Origin: Candidatus Latescibacterota bacterium
GTDB taxonomy: Bacteria; Latescibacterota; UBA2968; UBA8231
Assembly (NCBI GenBank): GCA_965221775.1
Contig: CBDCSU010000006.1
Coordinates: 1,536,001 to 1,600,000, forward strand
Reading direction: 5' to 3'
Length of the DNA stretch: 64,000 bases
The position numbers and the translations under genes are program-made. This document shows, one piece after another, positions 1 through 9,208 of this stretch. The notes beneath the pieces are model-generated. The model was not told the origin of the DNA, made no database searches, and worked only from the letters and a program-made list of their open reading frames with translations. Within the stretch, counting starts at the first letter, position 1. Each line of letters starts with the position of its first letter.

Positions 1-965
1 GCGACGGCGAGATCAACGTGCTGACGGTGGTGGCCAACGAGAGCTACCGCCGCTACGCCGCCAGCCTGCAGAGCGAGATCGCCGAGGAGTACCGGCAGGA
101 GATCGAGAGCCGCTGCGGCCGGCCGCTCTCCGCCCTCGGCGAGGCGGAGCGCCGCCGCCTGGAGGAGGAGTACGGCGCCGGGATTCTGCCCCCGGCTCCG
201 CGCCGGGCGGGCTCGCCGCCTTCGGCGGGGCGGGACGGCGAGCTGAGCCCGGAGTTCCGGCGGCTCTGGGAGCGCGTCGAGGCCCGGACCCGCTTCGCCC
301 TGCGCATCGACACGGACCAGCTCGTGGCCGGGGCCATCGGCGAGCTGGAGAGCCGCCCCCTCTCGCGGCCGGGGCTGACCGTCGCCCGGGGGCGGATCCA
401 GGTGAAGGGATCCGGCGCCTTCGAGGCGCAGGCGCGGGGCGAGACCCGGGGCGTCGCCGCCGAGGGCGGCAGCCTCCTGCCCAACCTCCTGGAGACCATG
501 GCCGATCTCCTGGAGCGCGTCTCACCGCCGGTGCGAGTGACCCGCCGCACGCTGCTGGAGATCTTCCGGGCGGCGCCCGACTCGGAGGCGGCCCTGGCCA
601 GCCCGCACGAGTTCGCCGCCGCGGCGGCGGCCGGGCTCCGCAGGAGCCTCGCCGGGCTGCTGGCCAGGGGGGTCCAGTACGAGCGCAGGAACGGCTGGTA
701 CGAGATGAGCCAGGTGGAGGAGGGAGATCCTCTGTCATTCGCGGGGCTGGAGGGGCGCGGCGGCGTGGAGCTGTGCGCCCGCCTGCCGCGGTCGTTCACC
801 GTGCCCACTCCGGCGGGCGCCTGCGACCCCGACTGGGCGGTGGTGACCTCCCGGGAGGGGGAAGGATGGAGGCTCTACCTGCTGCCGGAGGCGGAGGCTG
901 ACGGGGAGGCTCGGGGCCGCGGTTGGCGGGGCGGAATGCCCGCCGGAGGCGCCCGTGGCCGGTGA
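1..965 (+). CDS. C-terminal part of a type III restriction endonuclease Res-like subunit (5' end outside the window; nuclease region degenerate)
   Basis: Motifs LTVVANESY..YA..LQ.EI, EFRRLWERV, TRRTL and RLPRSFTVPTPAG..DPDWAVV match Res C-termini (KLP.WFKI.TP.G.YNPDWA); the expected ETK reads EAE. Confidence 0.75.
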   Translation, partial: DGEINVLTVVANESYRRYAASLQSEIAEEYRQEIESRCGRPLSALGEAERRRLEEEYGAGILPPAPRRAGSPPSAGRDGELSPEFRRLWERVEARTRFALRIDTDQLVAGAIGELESRPLSRPGLTVARGRIQVKGSGAFEAQARGETRGVAAEGGSLLPNLLETMADLLERVSPPVRVTRRTLLEIFRAAPDSEAALASPHEFAAAAAAGLRRSLAGLLARGVQYERRNGWYEMSQVEEGDPLSFAGLEGRGGVELCARLPRSFTVPTPAGACDPDWAVVTSREGEGWRLYLLPEAEADGEARGRGWRGGMPAGGARGR

Positions 966-1444
966 CGCGGGATTGGCTCCGGCGGGGTGCGGGCGGCCAG
1001 GGCCTCTTCGAGGGCGGCGCACAGCGCCTGCGGCTCGTCGGTGCCGATGCGGACGGCCTTCCCGCTCTTCATCTTCAGCTCCACCGCGTCGAGGCCCGAG
1101 ACGTTGTAGAGCCAGGCTCCGGGGATCTTGCGGATGCCCCAGCCGTAGAGCCAGGAGTTCCTCACCGGCCGGCAGCCCTCGATCCCGTCGAGGGGCCAGC
1201 GCTTGCGGATCAGGCCGACGCCGAAGCGGATCCGCAGGTGGCCGCCGGCGATCTCCACCGTCAGGCTGCCGAAGAGCAGGAGCACCAGCACCAGCACCCC
1301 CACGATCGCCGCCGCCACCCAGTTGCCCTCCGGGGTCCGGATGTACCACACCAGGACCACGGCCGGCACCAGGCCGGGGAGGCAACTGGCCGCGATGACC
1401 CGGCCGAACTGGGTGCGGCGGTAGGATTGCGGGGGGGTGGTCAT
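875..1444 (-). CDS. Small membrane protein with two TM helices and a bacterial PH-like domain
   Basis: Two hydrophobic segments followed by LTVEI..LRIRFG, YGWGIR and IGTDEP motifs. Confidence 0.7.
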   Translation of the reverse strand: MTTPPQSYRRTQFGRVIAASCLPGLVPAVVLVWYIRTPEGNWVAAAIVGVLVLVLLLFGSLTVEIAGGHLRIRFGVGLIRKRWPLDGIEGCRPVRNSWLYGWGIRKIPGAWLYNVSGLDAVELKMKSGKAVRIGTDEPQALCAALEEALAARTPPEPIPRHRPRAPPAGIPPRQPRPRASPSASASGSR

Positions 1445-1505
1445 CGGCTATATTGCGCCCGGCCCACACGTTAGCAGGGCCTCTTCTCCCCCGTCAAGGT
1501 GGCCG

Positions 1506-2171
1506 ATGAACCTCGTTTTCGTGGGATGCGAATACGCCGGCAAGTCCACTCTCGCCGGCGAAGTGTTGAAGTGGGCGGAGGAGGCCCTGGGCGGGACCAG
1601 CCACTTCCACGATCACTTCAGCGTGCCCTCCAGCGAGCTCTCCCCCGAAGCGCAGGAGTCGGTGCTGGCGGTCCATCCCCAGTTCCTGGAGATGTTCCAG
1701 CGCTACTCCCTGACCTACCACCTGGGCGACTCCTTCTACTCCCACGGCGACCACAACCTGATGGGGTTCGTCATCGAGGAAGCGGTCTACGCGCCGCTCT
1801 ACTACGGGTACGGAGGCCCGGAGACCGGGGCGCCCAAGCGCAGCCCCGAGGGCCAGCGCACCGAGATGGCGCGCCGCTTCGAGAGCGAGATGCTCGACAA
1901 GGCGCCGGGCACGGTGCTGGTGCTGCTGAAGGCCGCCCCGGAGGTGATCCGGCGGCGTATGAGGGAGGCCCCCCACACCCACCCGATCGTGCGCGACCAG
2001 GACGTGGAGCGCGTGCTGGGGCGGTTCGAGGAGGAGTTCGAGGCCTCCCTGATCCAGCGGCGCATCGTCCTCGACACGTCGACGGCGACGGTGGAGCGGA
2101 CCCTGGCGGAGTTCCTCCAGGCCCATGAGCCGTTCATGAGCCGGGAGGACCGGCAGCGGATGGAGAAGTAA
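1506..2171 (+). CDS. P-loop nucleotide kinase-like protein (thymidylate kinase-like fold)
   Basis: MNLVFVGCEYAGKST Walker A; VLVLLKAAPEVIRRR lid segment; LDTS near C-terminus. Confidence 0.7.
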   Translation: MNLVFVGCEYAGKSTLAGEVLKWAEEALGGTSHFHDHFSVPSSELSPEAQESVLAVHPQFLEMFQRYSLTYHLGDSFYSHGDHNLMGFVIEEAVYAPLYYGYGGPETGAPKRSPEGQRTEMARRFESEMLDKAPGTVLVLLKAAPEVIRRRMREAPHTHPIVRDQDVERVLGRFEEEFEASLIQRRIVLDTSTATVERTLAEFLQAHEPFMSREDRQRMEK

Positions 2172-2229
2172 GGGAGCCGCTGAGGCGGCGCCGATCGCGG
2201 ACAGGGATCACCAAGCGGAGGAGGAAGCC

Positions 2230-3066
2230 GTGAGCGAGACGAAGGGCGACGCCCAGTACACCATGGGCCGCAGCAAGGAGGAGGAGGACCGCCTGATCCA
2301 GCAGTCGCAGCTCTACGACGCGGTGACGCGCCGGATGCTGCACTCGGCGGGCCTGGCCGGCGGCATGAAGGTCCTCGACATCGGCAGCGGCACCGGCGAC
2401 GTGGCCATGACCGCCGCCGAGCTGGTCGGACCGGAGGGCTCCGTGGTCGGCGTCGACATGAACCCGGAGATCCTCGAGACGGCGCGGGCCCGGGCCGGGC
2501 AGGCCGGGTTCGCCAACATCGAGTTCGTCGCCGGAGACGCCAGGACCCTCGACCTGGGGGACGATTTCGACGCCCTCATCGGCCGCCTGGTCCTCATGTA
2601 CATGGCCGATCCCGCCGACGCCCTCCGGCAGCTCTCGGCGCGCCTGGCCCCCGGGGGAATCGTCGCCTTCCAGGAGGTCGACTTCAGCCCCTACCGGAAT
2701 ACCAGCCACGACGACACGCCGCTGATGAACCAGCTCGTCGACTGGGGCCTGGGCGTGTTCGAGCGCTCGGGGGCGCACACCGACATGGGCTTCGACCTCT
2801 ACGGCGCCTATGTCGAGGCCGGCCTGCCCGAGCCGTACATGCACTTCGATTCCCCCGTGGGCGGCCCCGAAGGCTGGGCGGGCTACTCCTTCCTCGCCAA
2901 CAGCTTCCGCAGCCTGGTCCCGCTCCTGGAGCAGTTCGGCATGGCGACGGCCGACGAGGTCGACGTGGACACCCTGGCCGAGCGCGTCCGGCAGGAGGTG
3001 GTGGCCTCGAAGCGGCCCCTGCGCCTGCCCCCGCACGTGACCGCCTGGACCCGCCTCCCGGCCTGA
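2230..3066 (+). CDS. Class I SAM-dependent methyltransferase
   Basis: VLDIGSGTG motif I, GVDMN, FDALIGRLVLMY, LAPGG; GGAGG RBS upstream. Confidence 0.9.
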   Translation: MSETKGDAQYTMGRSKEEEDRLIQQSQLYDAVTRRMLHSAGLAGGMKVLDIGSGTGDVAMTAAELVGPEGSVVGVDMNPEILETARARAGQAGFANIEFVAGDARTLDLGDDFDALIGRLVLMYMADPADALRQLSARLAPGGIVAFQEVDFSPYRNTSHDDTPLMNQLVDWGLGVFERSGAHTDMGFDLYGAYVEAGLPEPYMHFDSPVGGPEGWAGYSFLANSFRSLVPLLEQFGMATADEVDVDTLAERVRQEVVASKRPLRLPPHVTAWTRLPA

Positions 3067-3111
3067 CCCTCCAGGCCTGAGGAGCCGCCCGGCGGCAGAC
3101 AGGATCTCCCC

Positions 3112-4722
3112 GTGAACTACGATACCCGGACCCTGCGCGGCGACTTCTTCGGCGGCCTCACCTCCATGGTGGTGGGCCTGCCCGTGGCCCTGGCCTTCGG
3201 GGTGGCCTCGGGCATGGGGGCGGCGGCCGGCCTCTACGGCGCCATCGCCGTCGGCTTCTTCGCCTCGATCTTCGGCGGCACCCGCTCGCAGATCTCCGGC
3301 CCCACGGGCCCCATGGCCGTGGCCATGGCGGTCATCGTCACCAGCCGCGCCGGCACCCTCGCCGAAGCGCTGACCATCGTCGTCCTCGCCGGCCTTCTGC
3401 AGGTGCTCCTCGGCCTGTCGAAGGTGGGCCGCTTCGTGGCCTACACGCCGTACGTGGTCATCTCCGGATTCATGTCCGGCGTCGGCCTCATCATCATCCT
3501 GATCCAGGCCATGCCCTTCCTCGGGGCGCCCACCGCCTCGGGCGGGCCGATGGGCGCCGTCGCTGCTCTGCCCGGGGCCGTGGCCGGCGTCGACTTCGGC
3601 GCCTTCGCCATCGCCGCCGTCACCCTCGCCGTGGCCGTGCTCTGGCCCGCCCGCCTGACCCGGTACGTGCCGGGGCTGCTGGTGGCCCTCCTGGCCGGCA
3701 CCCTCATGGGCGTCTTCTGGGTGAGCGGCGCCCCGGTCATCGGGCCGGTGCCCACCGGCCTGCCGAGCCTGCAGTTCTCCCTGCCGTCGGCCGCCTTCCT
3801 CGCCCGCGCCCTGGAGCCGGCCATCATCCTCGCCCTCCTCGGCTCGATCGACAGCCTCCTCACCTCCCTGGTGGCCGACTCGCTCACCGGCACGCGCCAC
3901 AACGCCAACCGCGAGCTGGTGGGCCAGGGCATCGGCAACATGGTCTCCGGACTCTTCGGGGGCGTGCCGGGGGCCGGCGCCACCATGGGCACGGTGACCA
4001 ACATCCGCTCCGGCGGACGGACCCAGGTCTCCGGGGCGCTGCGGGCGCTGCTGCTGCTGGCGCTGCTGCTCGGCCTCGGCCGCTTCGTCGAGCCGATCCC
4101 CCACGCGGCCCTGGCCGGCATCCTGATGAAGGTCGGCTGGGACATCATCGACTGGCGGATGCTCACCCGCATCCACCGCGTCCGCCGCGAGCACCTGCTG
4201 GTCATGGGGATCACCCTGGGGCTGACGGTCTTCGTCGACTTGGTGACCGCCGTGGCCATCGGCCTGATCGCCGCGGGCATGGCCAACGCCCGCCAGCTGG
4301 AGAGTCTGGAGCTCGACAGCGTCGTATCCGTGCCCCTGCTGGACCAGACCTTCCTCGAGCGGGAGGGCGAGGAGGCCGATCCCTTCGCGGCCCGGGTCGG
4401 CCTGGTAGCCCTCCGGGGCAGCTTCACCGTCGCCTCCTCCACCAAGCTGGTGGCCGTCATCGGCGGCGACATCAAGGACCACGAGGTGGTCATCTTCGAC
4501 TTCTCGGGAGCCACCTATCTCGACGACAGCGCCGCCATGCTGATCCGGCAGCTGATCGAGGTGGCCGGCAAGGAAGAGACGGAGTGCGTGATCATGGGTC
4601 TCTCGGGCTCGGTGGAGCAGACGCTGCTCACCCTCGACGTGCTGCGGGACGTCCCCGGGGACCGGGTCGTCGAGAGCCTGGACGAGGCGCGCCAAGTCGC
4701 CCGGAACCTGCTCGACGACTGA
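3112..4722 (+). CDS. SulP family anion transporter with C-terminal STAS domain
   Basis: GDFFGG..LPVALAFG..GLYGA, QISGPTG, NRELVGQGIGN, STAS-type FDFSGATYLDDSA. Confidence 0.95.
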   Translation: MNYDTRTLRGDFFGGLTSMVVGLPVALAFGVASGMGAAAGLYGAIAVGFFASIFGGTRSQISGPTGPMAVAMAVIVTSRAGTLAEALTIVVLAGLLQVLLGLSKVGRFVAYTPYVVISGFMSGVGLIIILIQAMPFLGAPTASGGPMGAVAALPGAVAGVDFGAFAIAAVTLAVAVLWPARLTRYVPGLLVALLAGTLMGVFWVSGAPVIGPVPTGLPSLQFSLPSAAFLARALEPAIILALLGSIDSLLTSLVADSLTGTRHNANRELVGQGIGNMVSGLFGGVPGAGATMGTVTNIRSGGRTQVSGALRALLLLALLLGLGRFVEPIPHAALAGILMKVGWDIIDWRMLTRIHRVRREHLLVMGITLGLTVFVDLVTAVAIGLIAAGMANARQLESLELDSVVSVPLLDQTFLEREGEEADPFAARVGLVALRGSFTVASSTKLVAVIGGDIKDHEVVIFDFSGATYLDDSAAMLIRQLIEVAGKEETECVIMGLSGSVEQTLLTLDVLRDVPGDRVVESLDEARQVARNLLDD

Positions 4723-4855
4723 CGCGCCCGGCCGAGGGGCAGGCCGCCGCAGGACCGCGGGGCTCTCCTCCAGGACTGACGGGACCGCCCGCTCGAGCCC
4801 GCTGACCGAGGCCGCTCCCGGCGCCTGGCAGGCCCTGGCTCCGCCGGGCCCGCCC

Positions 4856-5665
4856 TCAGGCCGGCGCCGCGCTCGCGGCCGAGCGCCGGCGCAGCCACTC
4901 CACCGCGAACAGCAGCAGCACCGCGAAGAGGATGAGGAAGGTCGCCACCGCGAGGATGGCGGGGCTGATCTGCTCGCGGATGCCGGCCCACATCTGGCGC
5001 GGGATGGTGCGCTGCTCGATGCCGGCCATGAAGAGGACGGCCACCACCTCGTCGAAGGAGGTGGCGAAGGCGAAGAGGGCCCCCGAGATGACGCCCGGCG
5101 CGATGAGGGGCAGCTGCACGCTGCGGAAGGTGCGCAGCGGTCCGGCGCCGAGGCTGGCGGCGGCGCGGGTCAGATTGTCGTCGAAGGCCGACAGGGTGGC
5201 GGTCACCGTGATCACCACGAAGGGCGTGCCCAGGGCGGCGTGGGCCAGGATCAGCCCGAGGTGGGTCTGTGACAGCCCCAGCCCCGAGTAGAAGAAGAAC
5301 ATGCCCGCCGCGGCGATGATCACCGGCGTCACCATGGGCGAGATCAGCAGCCCCATGGCCAGGCGCCGGGCGGGCATGGCGGCGCTCGACAGGCCCAGGG
5401 CGGCCAGCGTCCCCAGGGTGGTGGCCAGGGCGGTGGCGGCGACGCCGATGATCAGGCTGTTGGCCAGGGCCCGCCGCCAGACGTCCTCCTCGACGATCTG
5501 CCGGTACCAGCGCAGCGACCAGGCCTCGGGGTCGAGGCGCAGCATGCCCTCGGTGAAGGTGAAGTAGGGCTCGGCGTTGAAACTCAGGGGCACGATCACC
5601 AGGATCGGCGCCACCAGGAAGGCGAAGACCGCGGCGCAGAACCCCAGGTAGAGGAAGCGGGCCAT
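4856..5665 (-). CDS. Polyamine/opine ABC transporter permease (PotC-like)
   Basis: Start MARFLYLG; EAA-like loop LTRAAASLGA; FATSFDEVV. Confidence 0.9.
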   Translation of the reverse strand: MARFLYLGFCAAVFAFLVAPILVIVPLSFNAEPYFTFTEGMLRLDPEAWSLRWYRQIVEEDVWRRALANSLIIGVAATALATTLGTLAALGLSSAAMPARRLAMGLLISPMVTPVIIAAAGMFFFYSGLGLSQTHLGLILAHAALGTPFVVITVTATLSAFDDNLTRAAASLGAGPLRTFRSVQLPLIAPGVISGALFAFATSFDEVVAVLFMAGIEQRTIPRQMWAGIREQISPAILAVATFLILFAVLLLFAVEWLRRRSAASAAPA

Positions 5666-6849
5666 CAGCCGAGCCTCATGCCCTCGACCCCCACGAGGCG
5701 GTCGTAGAGCCGGTAGAGGACCATGACGCAGACCAGGAGGAGACCGCCCAGGGCCGCGGCGAGGGGCCAGTTGAGGGAGGTCTGCATGTGGTAGGCGATC
5801 ATGTTGGAGATCAGCTGGCCGCGGCTGCCGCCCACCAGGGCCGGGGTGATGTAGTAGCCGATGGCAAGGATGAAGACCAGCAGCGAGCCGGCGCCCACCC
5901 CGGGCAGGGTCTGGGGCCAGTAGACGCGGAAGAAGGCCTGCGCCGGACCCGCCCCGAGAGAGGCGGCGGCGCTCATCTGCACCGGCGGGATGGCGCGCAT
6001 GATCGAGTACAGGGGCAGGACCATGAAGGGCAGGAGCACGTGGGTCATGGCGACGAAGGTGCCGGTCATGTTGTAGACCAGGGCGAGGCGGCCGTCGTCG
6101 CCGATCAGCCCGAGGGCCACCATCGCGTCGTTGAGGACCCCCTGGTTCTGGAGCAGGACGATCCACGAGGTGGTGCGCACCAGCAGCGACGTCCAGAACG
6201 GGACCAGCACCAGGGCCAGCAGCAGGTTGGCGCGACGCGGCGGCGCGTGGGCGATCAGGTGGGCCACGGGGTAGCCGAGGAGCAGGCACAGGCCGGTGAT
6301 GCCCAGGCTCACCAGCAGGGTCCGCCCCAGGAGGGCCACGTAGATGCGGCGCTCCTCCGGCTGGCGGGCGACGGAGCCGTCGGGCAGCCGCTGCAGGTCC
6401 AGGGCGTTCAGGTAGTGGCGCGCGGTGAGCCGCTCCCCGGCGCTGCGCAGGGCGTGCCAGGTGCCGGCGTCGCCCCAGGCCTCGTCGGCGGCGATCATCG
6501 CCTCGCGCCAGGGCCCCTCGTCGACGCGCTGCAGCTTGCGGGCGCTGCGCGTAAAGACGCTGCGCAGGCCCCCCTGGACGCGGTTGACGCGGGTCGCCAC
6601 CTGCCCGAGGGTGCGGTCGGCCCGCGCCTTCACCAGCTCCCGCGCCGCCGCCTGGTACACCGCCTCGGGCGGAGCCTCCTCGCCGTCCCAGCCGCGCAGC
6701 AGACGCAGGGTCTCCGGCAGGACGCCGGCCACCACCGGGTCGTAGACGCTGCGCACCAGCATCGTCGCCAGCGGCGCGATGAAGGTCACGCCGATGAAGA
6801 CCAGCAGGGGCAGGACCAGCCCCGCGGCGCGCAGCCGGGGGCGGTTCAT
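5665..6849 (-). CDS. Polyamine/opine ABC transporter permease (PotB-like)
   Basis: LVPFWTSLLVR, HVLLPFMVLPLY, AASLGA, YYITPALVGG; stop overlaps next start. Confidence 0.9.
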   Translation of the reverse strand: MNRPRLRAAGLVLPLLVFIGVTFIAPLATMLVRSVYDPVVAGVLPETLRLLRGWDGEEAPPEAVYQAAARELVKARADRTLGQVATRVNRVQGGLRSVFTRSARKLQRVDEGPWREAMIAADEAWGDAGTWHALRSAGERLTARHYLNALDLQRLPDGSVARQPEERRIYVALLGRTLLVSLGITGLCLLLGYPVAHLIAHAPPRRANLLLALVLVPFWTSLLVRTTSWIVLLQNQGVLNDAMVALGLIGDDGRLALVYNMTGTFVAMTHVLLPFMVLPLYSIMRAIPPVQMSAAASLGAGPAQAFFRVYWPQTLPGVGAGSLLVFILAIGYYITPALVGGSRGQLISNMIAYHMQTSLNWPLAAALGGLLLVCVMVLYRLYDRLVGVEGMRLG

Positions 6850-6863
6850 CGCTGCCGGGCCCT

Positions 6864-8030
6864 TCAGGAGATCACCTCGCCTGCCCAGAGCGATTGCAGG
6901 AACGCCTTCCATGGGACGATGCGAATCGGCCCTGCGACCCGTTCTGCCGGCTCGTTGCAGACGACGATCGCTTTGCGGGGAGCGTACTCGTCGATAAAGG
7001 CGCGCAGGGCTCGCAGGGCCCTGTCTTCCACCCGGGCCGTCCCCTTTACCTCGATGGCCACCTCGCCGTCCCCCAGCACGAAGTCGACCTCCAGGCCGGA
7101 CTTCGTCCGCCAGAAGCAAACGTCATAGCGCAGTTCGCTGTATGAACTGTGCGCCCTCAATTCGGTGAAGACGAAATGCTCGAAGGCCTTGCCGAAGGTC
7201 GCACCCCGGGCCTCCTGCAAGTGCCGTCTGGCCAGGGCCCCGGCCAAGCCCACATCGAACAGATAGAACCTGGATGCCTTCGAGATGACCTGACGGCCTT
7301 GCCGTCTCTTGAAAGGCGCGACCATGGCGCCCAGGAGCGTATCCACGAGAATCTGGTAGTACTCCTTGACGGTCTTGGAACTGACGCCGCACTCGCGCGC
7401 GATATTGGAGAAGTTGGTCAGCTCGCCGTGCGAATACGCCATGGCCTCGAAGAATCTGGAGAAGGCGGGAATGTCGCGCGTCAACCCCTCGGCGAAGACT
7501 TCCTCCTTCAGGTAATCCTGCAGATATGCGTTCAGGGAACGGCGGTATTGCAGGCTGACGAAGTGGTCGGGAATCAGACCGCGGTTCAGGATCGTCAGGA
7601 GATCGATGTCGCCGTCGCTCAATTCGTCGCTCACCAGCGGGAACATCTCGTAGCGCCAGGCGCGTCCTCCGAGCAGATTGGCCCGTCCCCGCTTGAGCTT
7701 GCGCGCACTGGACCCGCACAGGATGAAGCGCAATCCCTTGTTCTCGATGAGCCAGTGCACTTCATCGAGCAGGAGCGGCACATGCTGCACTTCGTCCAGG
7801 ATGATCGGATGCGCCCGCGATGTTTCGGATCGTGCGAGCAGTTGCTCGCGCAGGAGGGCCGGCCGGCGATTGAAGTCCAGCATCAAGTCGGTCTTCAGAA
7901 AATCAAAGACCAGGCTGTCGGGAAAGGTCTGCTGGAGATAGGTGGATTTGCCCGTCTTCCGCGGTCCCCACAAGAAGGCCGACTGGCGCTCGGGCAAGTC
8001 CATCTTCAGGCGCCGGGCATACTGAACCAT
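6864..8030 (-). CDS. AAA_14 ATPase with DUF4143 (PD-(D/E)xK-like) C-terminus
   Basis: GPRKTGKST, IILDEVQ, GSSARKL, LLGGRA, FYLFDVG, FWRTKSGLEVDFV..IEVK; more AT-rich codons than neighbours. Confidence 0.92.
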   Translation of the reverse strand: MVQYARRLKMDLPERQSAFLWGPRKTGKSTYLQQTFPDSLVFDFLKTDLMLDFNRRPALLREQLLARSETSRAHPIILDEVQHVPLLLDEVHWLIENKGLRFILCGSSARKLKRGRANLLGGRAWRYEMFPLVSDELSDGDIDLLTILNRGLIPDHFVSLQYRRSLNAYLQDYLKEEVFAEGLTRDIPAFSRFFEAMAYSHGELTNFSNIARECGVSSKTVKEYYQILVDTLLGAMVAPFKRRQGRQVISKASRFYLFDVGLAGALARRHLQEARGATFGKAFEHFVFTELRAHSSYSELRYDVCFWRTKSGLEVDFVLGDGEVAIEVKGTARVEDRALRALRAFIDEYAPRKAIVVCNEPAERVAGPIRIVPWKAFLQSLWAGEVIS

Positions 8031-8060
8031 TTTGACCCGTGTTTCACAACGGTCGGATTT

Positions 8061-8096
8061 TTTTGGAAGCTACTCCAAAATTTCCAAGACTGTCAA
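8061..8096 (-). promoter_or_regulatory. Putative sigma70 promoter (TTGACA-18-TAGCTT) with an overlapping palindrome TTTTGGA-N6-TCCAAAA
   Basis: tgtcaa at 8091-8096 and aagcta at 8067-8072 on the + strand; perfect 7-bp inverted repeat at 8061-8080, upstream of the DUF4143 gene. Confidence 0.5.
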
Positions 8097-8114
8097 CCCC
8101 TCTCCGCTTGCCGC

Positions 8115-9197
8115 TCAGCGCGCCAGCCAGGTGCTGAAGCGCTCGTTCATCTCGTCGCCGTGGTCGCTCCACCACTCCCAGTCGTTGTGCAGGGCGCGGC
8201 TGGCGTTCTGCTCGCTCGTGGGCATGTGGGGGCTCATCTCCACGCCCTTTTCCGCGTGGGTCGAGATCAGGGCCCCCGCGGAGCGGCGCGTCGGGCTGTA
8301 GGCGATGAAGCGGCCCACGTCGGAGATGGACCGCGCCGTGGAGGCGAAGTGGACGAACTTCCGCGCCGCTTCCAGCCTCGGGGTGCCGGCGACGATGGCG
8401 AGGCCGCCGGTGTCGAGCACCTGGCCGTCCCAGACGATGACGAAGGGCTGGTCCTCGAGGACCTGGGCGTTGAAGATGCGGCCGTTGTAGGCGGTGGTCA
8501 TCACCACCTCGCCGTCGGCCAGCATCTGCGGCGGCTGGGCCCCGGCCTCCCACCAGACGATCTGCTCCTTGATGGTGTCGAGCTTGCGGAAGGCGCGGTC
8601 CACGCCCCCGGGGGTGTCGAGGGCGGCGTAGACGCTGTCGAGGGGGACGCCGTCGGCGATGAGGGCGAACTCCAGGTTCGCCAGGGGCGAGCGGCGCATG
8701 CCGCGGCGGCCCGGAAACTTCTCCAGGTCGAAGAAATCGGCCATGGTGGCGGGTTTCTCGCCCTCGATGTTCTCGTCGTTGTAGGCGTACACCGTGGAGT
8801 AGAAGATCGTCGCCGGGCCGCAGTCGGTGATCGTGCCTTCGACGAAGTCGTCGGCCGCGGGGGTGCCGTCGGCTCCGGCCGCCAGGGAGTCGATCTCCAC
8901 GTACTCGAGCAGCCCCTCGTCGCAGCCGCGCGCGAGGTCGGGGATCTCCAGGTCGACCACGTCCCAGTAGACGTTGCCCACGTCGACCTGGGCGCGGATC
9001 TGCGCCAGCCCGCCGTTGTAGTCCTCGAGGTTGATGGCGATCCCCGTCTCGGCGGTGAAGCGCTCGTGGTAGCCCTTGACGCAGGCGCGCGCGTACGAGC
9101 CGCCCCAGGAGACCACGGTCAGGGACTGGTCCCCGGCGGCGGCGGCGCTCCAGGAAAGCAGGCCCAGGACCGCGGCCGCGGTGATTCGGAAGGTCAT
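8115..9197 (-). CDS. ABC transporter periplasmic binding protein (PotD/PotF-like)
   Basis: Signal peptide; LTVVSWGGSY, WDVVD, DFFDLEKFPGRRG, QMLADGEV..AYNGR. Confidence 0.92.
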   Translation of the reverse strand: MTFRITAAAVLGLLSWSAAAAGDQSLTVVSWGGSYARACVKGYHERFTAETGIAINLEDYNGGLAQIRAQVDVGNVYWDVVDLEIPDLARGCDEGLLEYVEIDSLAAGADGTPAADDFVEGTITDCGPATIFYSTVYAYNDENIEGEKPATMADFFDLEKFPGRRGMRRSPLANLEFALIADGVPLDSVYAALDTPGGVDRAFRKLDTIKEQIVWWEAGAQPPQMLADGEVVMTTAYNGRIFNAQVLEDQPFVIVWDGQVLDTGGLAIVAGTPRLEAARKFVHFASTARSISDVGRFIAYSPTRRSAGALISTHAEKGVEMSPHMPTSEQNASRALHNDWEWWSDHGDEMNERFSTWLAR

Positions 9198-9208
9198 TCT
9201 CCGTCCTC

